Positions 58,688 through 64,000 of a stretch of DNA of 64,000 bases are shown piece after piece. The notes below the pieces were generated by a model that was not told the origin of the DNA, searched no databases, and was given only the letters and a program-made list of their open reading frames with translations. This DNA is from Acidimicrobiia bacterium (lineage in GTDB: Bacteria > Actinomycetota > Acidimicrobiia > Spongiisociales > ZC4RG35). Position 1 is the first letter of the stretch. Each line of letters starts with the position of its first letter. A program made the translations under genes and the position numbers. The DNA lies in the NCBI GenBank assembly GCA_965203555.1, contig CBDBCY010000004.1:1344001-1408000 (forward strand). The letters run 5' to 3'.

Positions 58688-59595
58688 ATGCCCCGATACG
58701 CCTGGGAGACGAAGTGCGGGAGACATTGGAGACCGGGGGGCCGGTGGTGGCGCTCGAGACAAGCATCGTCACCCAGGGCATGCCGTTTCCAACCAACCTG
58801 GAAACGGCGGTGGCCACCCAGGAAGCGGTGCGCCGCGGAGGGGCGGTGCCCGCTCTGATCGGGGTACTCGGCGGGGAACTGGTGTGCGGGCTCACCGGGG
58901 ACGAACTGGAGCGCCTGGGCACCTCCCCTGAAGCCGCCAAGGTCCAGAAGAGGGACCTGCCCCGCATAATCGCCGAGGGGGGCGACGGAGGGGTCACGGT
59001 GGGAGCATCCCTGTTCACGGCCGCCCGCTGCGGGATCGAGGTGTTCGTGACTGGCGGCATCGGAGGCGTATCACCGGGAGCGGGGACCTCCTTCGACGTC
59101 TCCGCCGACCTGCTGGCAATAGCCCGGCATCGGTGCATCACGGTGTGCGCCGGGACCAAGGCGTTCATGGACGTGGCCGCCACGCTTGAGTACCTGGAGA
59201 CGCTCAGCGTGCCGGTGGCGGTGTGGAAGTCTCACCGCTTCCCCTGGTTCTACAGCGCCGACAGCGGGGTGGAGGTGGAATGGCGGGTGGACGAGGCGCG
59301 AGCGATGGCGCAGGCGTTCCGGGCGGGGCGGCGGCTGGGCTGGCAGGGCGGGATGCTGCTGGGCGTTCCGATCCCCCCCGAGCACGCCCTGGACGAAGAA
59401 ACCACGCAAGCCGCGGTGGAATACGCACTGGCGGAACTGGAACGACGGCACATTGCCGGAAAGGAAGCCACCCCGTTCCTACTGCAGGCAGTCTTCGACC
59501 ACACCCACGGCGCCTCTCTGGTCGCCAACACCGCCCTGGTGCAACACAACGCACAGGTGGGCGCCCAACTGGCCTCCGCCCTGGCCGGATACTGA
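58684..59595 (+). CDS. psuG: Pseudouridine-5'-phosphate glycosidase family (IndA/PsuG), divergent
   Basis: PVVALE, K..KRDL, TGGIGGV, FDVSADL, CAGTK, LEYLET and GKEATPFLL. Confidence 0.85.
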   Translation: MNAPIRLGDEVRETLETGGPVVALETSIVTQGMPFPTNLETAVATQEAVRRGGAVPALIGVLGGELVCGLTGDELERLGTSPEAAKVQKRDLPRIIAEGGDGGVTVGASLFTAARCGIEVFVTGGIGGVSPGAGTSFDVSADLLAIARHRCITVCAGTKAFMDVAATLEYLETLSVPVAVWKSHRFPWFYSADSGVEVEWRVDEARAMAQAFRAGRRLGWQGGMLLGVPIPPEHALDEETTQAAVEYALAELERRHIAGKEATPFLLQAVFDHTHGASLVANTALVQHNAQVGAQLASALAGY

Positions 59596-59818
59596 AAGAA
59601 TGCCGAGGCTTCACTGTTCCCCGCAATCCTGACCACCAAACCCAAGCGACACAGCACCGCGGCCAGACCCTGCCGCTAACCGAGGCCACTCGCCGGAAGC
59701 GGGTCAGTTGCTACCGCCCATCCAAGCTGGCCTCCGCCCTGGCCTGGATAGACGTACTGCTTAAAGTAGTCCATGCCGGAGAGCTTCACTGTTCCCCGCA
59801 ATCCTGACCACCAAACCC
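59569..59818 (+). repeat. Direct duplication of the psuG 3' end and a 36-bp downstream block
   Basis: CTGGCCTCCGCCCTGGCC at 59569 and 59727; GCTTCACTGTTCCCCGCAATCCTGACCACCAAACCC at 59608 and 59783. Confidence 0.9.
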
Positions 59819-59824
59819 TGGACA

Positions 59825-60136
59825 TCTAGTGTCCGCTCCTGCTGCCGGTGCCTGCTCGGCCGCTAACGCGTCGATATCGACGCGTTGTTTGTGCAGGTGG
59901 CGTTCCAACGCCGCGATGATGCGTCCCAGTTGTCCGGTTTCGCGCAACGCGGTGACCTTTTCCCAGGCGAAGAAGCGGTCGTTGTTTGTGCGGTGTTCCA
60001 ACCGAGTTGTCCGGTTTCGCGCAACGCGGTGACCTTTCCCAGGCGAAGAAGGGCGTACTTTCGATGCGTCCGATTCCAACGACAGGTACTCGTACACCTT
60101 GTCGCCCCTTCGACGGCGGGTCGTCTTAACGAACAT
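59825..60136 (-). pseudogene. IS1634-family transposase 5' remnant with an internal 47/48-bp duplication
   Basis: MFVKTTRRRRGDKVYEYLSL...LGKVTALRETGQL; duplicated at 59928-59975 and 60005-60051; frameshifted. Confidence 0.7.
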
Positions 60137-60301
60137 ACCCCACAAAAACCCGCAACCCGTCCCACCAACACAATGTCGCCACTCCGACAGCTTCTTCACC
60201 GAGACCACCCCCCACCACCAGCTCCCCGACGGTGTCAACCACCACCTTGGTCACCCGTACACCACGCAGGTGCAACCGGACCGGCATAACATCAGCATTC
60301 A

Positions 60302-60438
60302 TTGAGGCCTCCTGGATAGGCGATTCGCTTACACCACCTATTCCAGCGAGGCCTCAACCCCTAACCAAGGACCCCCTCCCTAACCCTGCTCCCCACAAAT
60401 ACGCGCAGCCTCACAAAAACGCGCAGCCTCCAAAATAC
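60302..60438. repeat. Imperfect inverted repeat followed by 2.5 x 18-bp tandem repeat
   Basis: TTGAGGCCTC...GAGGCCTCAA (60302-60357); CACAAA(T/A)ACGCGCAGCCT at 60394 and 60412. Confidence 0.7.
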
Positions 60439-60605
60439 TCTTGGTAGGGCGCTACTACCGTCACGTCGTCGTTGATTCGTTGAATGTCCCAAAACTCAGT
60501 CATCCACCACGACAACCATAGGAGCATCGAAGACCCAGTTTGGAGTGATTGATGGCGATTACAGTTTTTCCGAACAGGGAAACCTCATGGACGGATCCTC
60601 TTTGG

Positions 60606-61808
60606 TTACCCGTCCTTCATAGTGGTGGTGGGGGCATCTTCGGGTATCGAAGAAGACGGCGGTGGGTCCTCACCGGGAACAGGAGGAGTCTGCTCGTCGT
60701 CGGAACCGTTCTCTCCGGTCCTGGCAGGAGGCGACACAGGCTGGTCTGCTCCAGGTGCAGGGGGCGGCCCAAAAGTGGGATGCTGCACATCGCCCGCGAC
60801 AGATTCGTCGGTAACATAAACCGCCCCGATCGCCTTGTAATGGGTACGAAGATCGTTGGCGTCAGACACCAAAAGCGGCAAAGAAGGATCGGTCCCGATC
60901 CGCCCACCCGTGACCGCGTTCCGGTTTATGGCGGCTGCGGCTATTCTCCGCTCCAACTCGGCCAAAGGAATGTTCCCCTCGGCACGCTTCACCGGATCCC
61001 TGATCTTTGTGCTGCTTTCTGCCACCGCTCTTATGGTTCCGTCTTCGTCCCTTTGAACGAACCAGCGACCAAACGGATTTCTGGCAACAAACGCCTCCAG
61101 GGTTATAGCAAACGGAAGGCCGAGGAACAGCACCATTTCCCTTCCCTCATAGGTTTGAGCCACCCACTCTGCCGGGTCATCAAACAGATTGGCGATCCAA
61201 ACATCCTCACCTCCGTAGAAGTCAATAGTATCCTCTCGGTCCATATAGCCTTCTCGGTCCGAAAACGTTGTCACGTTGACGTACAAGCTCACCGGCAGTA
61301 CCGGAGGGCCCTCTCCCACCAGATACTCGTTTACTCTGACATCAACAAAACAATGAACACGGATCAAACCCTCGTTGATCCTATTGGTGTAGTAGGTGGC
61401 AAGTTTCATGTAATAGTCGTTGCAGCGGGTCGTGCCCACCAGAACAGTCCCCCTGATCACTATATGCGTGATCAGACTCGGGAACAGATCCGAGTACGCA
61501 AAAGCCTTTCCTAACATAACGTCTTTGATCGACGTCACCTCGTCGATTGGCATAGGAGTAGCAGCAACCGTGTCGTTCTCACTATCATCGGATGCAGGGA
61601 GTGGTTCTCTCGGGCCAAGCGCGCAAGGATCCGCATCCGTGTCCGCAAGGGGCACGCAAGGAGGGATCATCTCTTCCAAATACACCGGCGGTTCCACCGC
61701 AACAGTCAAGCCTTCAGACACCCCCGCATTCTCGGGTGAGACCCCGGTATCACACGCCGAGGCGAACACCAACACCAGACATGTCAACACTCGTGTGACA
61801 TTTACCAT
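60606..61808 (-). CDS. Hypothetical lipoprotein with Pro/acidic C-terminal tail
   Basis: Lipobox FASAC; AGGAG Shine-Dalgarno; lower GC than the flanks. Confidence 0.75.
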   Translation of the reverse strand: MVNVTRVLTCLVLVFASACDTGVSPENAGVSEGLTVAVEPPVYLEEMIPPCVPLADTDADPCALGPREPLPASDDSENDTVAATPMPIDEVTSIKDVMLGKAFAYSDLFPSLITHIVIRGTVLVGTTRCNDYYMKLATYYTNRINEGLIRVHCFVDVRVNEYLVGEGPPVLPVSLYVNVTTFSDREGYMDREDTIDFYGGEDVWIANLFDDPAEWVAQTYEGREMVLFLGLPFAITLEAFVARNPFGRWFVQRDEDGTIRAVAESSTKIRDPVKRAEGNIPLAELERRIAAAAINRNAVTGGRIGTDPSLPLLVSDANDLRTHYKAIGAVYVTDESVAGDVQHPTFGPPPAPGADQPVSPPARTGENGSDDEQTPPVPGEDPPPSSSIPEDAPTTTMKDG

Positions 61809-61822
61809 CTCATTCTCCTTAA

Positions 61823-64000
61823 CTAACCACCAAGACTCTGATGGACAGCTTTCACAGCCGCCACGTCGTACTCGGTCGGGCTACACGGATAGCCTAGGTC
61901 ATAATCCATAACTGTGTCCGTAACCACCTGTCCATCATCTGGAGTGTCGTGCAAGCCAAAAGCATGACCACCCTCGTGCAAATTAATCCCCGCGTAGAAG
62001 GCACAGGACCTCAATGGGTTACGAGCCCGCTGGAGCAGAGCGTCATAAAGACTGATCTTGATATGAGACATAACCCCTTTACTTTTATCGGGATCGCTCC
62101 GCGGGCCATTGTCTGCACAGCCCGCAGCAATATCGCCGCTTTTTAGGGAACATCGCATCCTCATCTCATCCTCATTCGCGAACTCGACCGTGCTGCCGGC
62201 ACGGGTTTCATAGGCTTCTGCGCAGAGGTTGCCGGATGTGACCTGTGTGGCCCTGACCATCCCATGCGTACTGGTTTCCCACACCTCAAGGCTGCTGTTA
62301 AGAGCGTTTATCGCAGTGACTCGCTCGTTCGGTCTCGTTCTCGGATCGTCAGCTGGCAAGGTATTGACACAGATGACATAGCGATAATCCCTAAATGTTG
62401 GCTGGACCCAGATTCTGACCGGACCCACAAAACTGCCAAAACCCGGACGATTGGTTAAGGCAACCGTTGTCGGATACACGTAGACGCTATCTGTCCAGTT
62501 CTGTGTTTGGGCAGTGCCTACTTTGGTCTTCATTTGTATTGTATACAACTGGCTCAACGTCAAGTTGGAAATGGTATGGCTGCTCCGTCCCGCGGGAACT
62601 GGGACTTCGGTCCAGTTCGGGCAGGAAGTCACTTCACAGTGTGCCTGATATCGGATGATGTAGCCTGTGTCAATAGGAGCACCCGACCACTCGACCAACG
62701 CCTGGCCACCACTGGAAAGAGTCGTACTGTCGCCGTTGGCTTTGAGGTTGGTGGGTAATTTTAGCTTGAACCACTCGATATCAATCGTAAAGACGTCGGT
62801 GGTGTCGGTGTCTTCGGTGCTTACTTCTATGGTGTAGGAAGAGTGGGTGACCCCCAACGCTGTCACCATCCGACCGCTGTACCAGACTTCACTTACGGAT
62901 CGTCGACTGGAGCCGTCTATTGTTTCGATAGGCTTCAACGAGGAGCTACCTGCCAAAGTGATTTTGAAGTCGGTTGCGGATGTGACGTTGATAGCAACGG
63001 GAAAGTGGTCGGTGCTGTTGGGCAGGGTGATGCGATATCGTTTAGCGCTGAACACCCCCGTGTCGGTCCTCCGGTACAGATCCTCGCGGTCCACAAACCA
63101 TTTGTCCTGTTTTTTGGTTTTCATGTCCACCGGCACGTCAACCGTGCACGTCGGATCGGCGACCGGCACTAACGCCGATCCCCATTGTGACCATCCGGCA
63201 GATGTGAACACACGGGCAAACAGCACCGCCGCAGATGTGTGATAACATTCGTCGTTGCCGTCACCGGTGGTCACATCCCAATCTCGAAAAACTGGTATCA
63301 CCCACTCAGTGTCAGTCTGCTCGTCTTCTTGCTTGTCCGACTCGATCTTGTCCCCGGCCCTGTTGCGACATGACGCATATCGCTGCACGTTTCTAAAACC
63401 GAGAGAATGCCCAACGCGTGCCGACACCTCCACCGTGTCCCCAAAGGCGACCGGACTCTGAGCATCATGGGACACGTTCGTGAACGTGGGCGCCGCCGGC
63501 GCCAGGTCGATGCTCACGGGATGATACACCCAGTCGGACCACTCGGTAGAGGCCGATTTGACCCGCACCAACAACCACGCCTGCGCCGCCTGTGGTCGGC
63601 TGAAACACTGATCGTCGTCTCCCCCGGTCGTCACCGTCCACGAGGCGGTCTCGTCCAAACCCGACACAGTCGGACTGGCGGGCCAGGTGTTCCCCACCGC
63701 CGAGACAAAACGTTCACCATTCGCCTCCCAACACACATACCTGTACTCCCAGGCCGTGAACACCTTCGACGACGCAACGGTCATCGAGACACTGCTCACG
63801 GCATTGTACGAAATCGAAGCGGCAGACGGGCTGCCGAGCGTGGGGGTGGGATGCAGATTGGAAGGTGGAGGATCAATCATGGCGTCGTGCTGTCCCCACT
63901 CTGACCAGCCACTGTCAGTCCGCACCCGAACAAGCAGCGAGACCGGACCGCCGTAGCATTCGGCGGGTCCGCTCCCGGTGGTCACCTTCTCCCATCTCAA
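61823..64000 (-). CDS. Large extracellular-type protein (5' end outside the window): WSxW-type repeat modules, FN3 domain, C-terminal metzincin-like Zn-protease
   Basis: PTNLKA..VEWS..Y.IRY..HTISNL....Y (FN3); HEGGHAFGLHD plus Met-turn TVMDY. Confidence 0.75.
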   Translation of the reverse strand: MRWEKVTTGSGPAECYGGPVSLLVRVRTDSGWSEWGQHDAMIDPPPSNLHPTPTLGSPSAASISYNAVSSVSMTVASSKVFTAWEYRYVCWEANGERFVSAVGNTWPASPTVSGLDETASWTVTTGGDDDQCFSRPQAAQAWLLVRVKSASTEWSDWVYHPVSIDLAPAAPTFTNVSHDAQSPVAFGDTVEVSARVGHSLGFRNVQRYASCRNRAGDKIESDKQEDEQTDTEWVIPVFRDWDVTTGDGNDECYHTSAAVLFARVFTSAGWSQWGSALVPVADPTCTVDVPVDMKTKKQDKWFVDREDLYRRTDTGVFSAKRYRITLPNSTDHFPVAINVTSATDFKITLAGSSSLKPIETIDGSSRRSVSEVWYSGRMVTALGVTHSSYTIEVSTEDTDTTDVFTIDIEWFKLKLPTNLKANGDSTTLSSGGQALVEWSGAPIDTGYIIRYQAHCEVTSCPNWTEVPVPAGRSSHTISNLTLSQLYTIQMKTKVGTAQTQNWTDSVYVYPTTVALTNRPGFGSFVGPVRIWVQPTFRDYRYVICVNTLPADDPRTRPNERVTAINALNSSLEVWETSTHGMVRATQVTSGNLCAEAYETRAGSTVEFANEDEMRMRCSLKSGDIAAGCADNGPRSDPDKSKGVMSHIKISLYDALLQRARNPLRSCAFYAGINLHEGGHAFGLHDTPDDGQVVTDTVMDYDLGYPCSPTEYDVAAVKAVHQSLGG

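Noticed and set aside
59608-59818. 36-bp direct repeat containing GTTCCCCGC, reminiscent of a type I-E CRISPR repeat
   Set aside because: Only two copies, a 139-bp gap that itself repeats flanking sequence, no internal palindrome and no cas genes.

Overview
High-GC, actinobacterial-type window. F420-dependent nitroreductases, a DUF222-HNH gene, apparent leaderless starts, an SLH protein and a long Thr/Glu-tethered lipoprotein suggest Acidimicrobiia, possibly host- or marine-associated (inference). Most of it is catabolic: (i) 1-15 kb, a Dpp-type ABC importer, hydantoinase-A-like gene, three-subunit Mo-hydroxylase, NIPSNAP, DUF917, two SnoaL proteins, two MDR dehydrogenases and a crotonase; (ii) a Ser/Cys proline-racemase-family gene, two PTER-like amidohydrolases around an ABC-2 exporter, two more SnoaL proteins, and betC-betA; (iii) a second Mo-hydroxylase coupled to MoaD, a PfkB kinase and a divergent PsuG. 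Accessory elements are interspersed: a Schlafen/AlbA_2-HATPase-wHTH gene behind an AT-rich array with exact 51-bp phasing, two PIN toxin-antitoxin pairs, a UvrD2-like helicase with two HRDC domains, an intact IS630, remnants of ISL3, IS110-like, IS5 and IS1634 elements, and a lower-GC metzincin/FN3 plus lipoprotein pair at the right edge. No rRNA, tRNA or CRISPR array was seen. All family calls come from recognising motifs by eye, without database searches.
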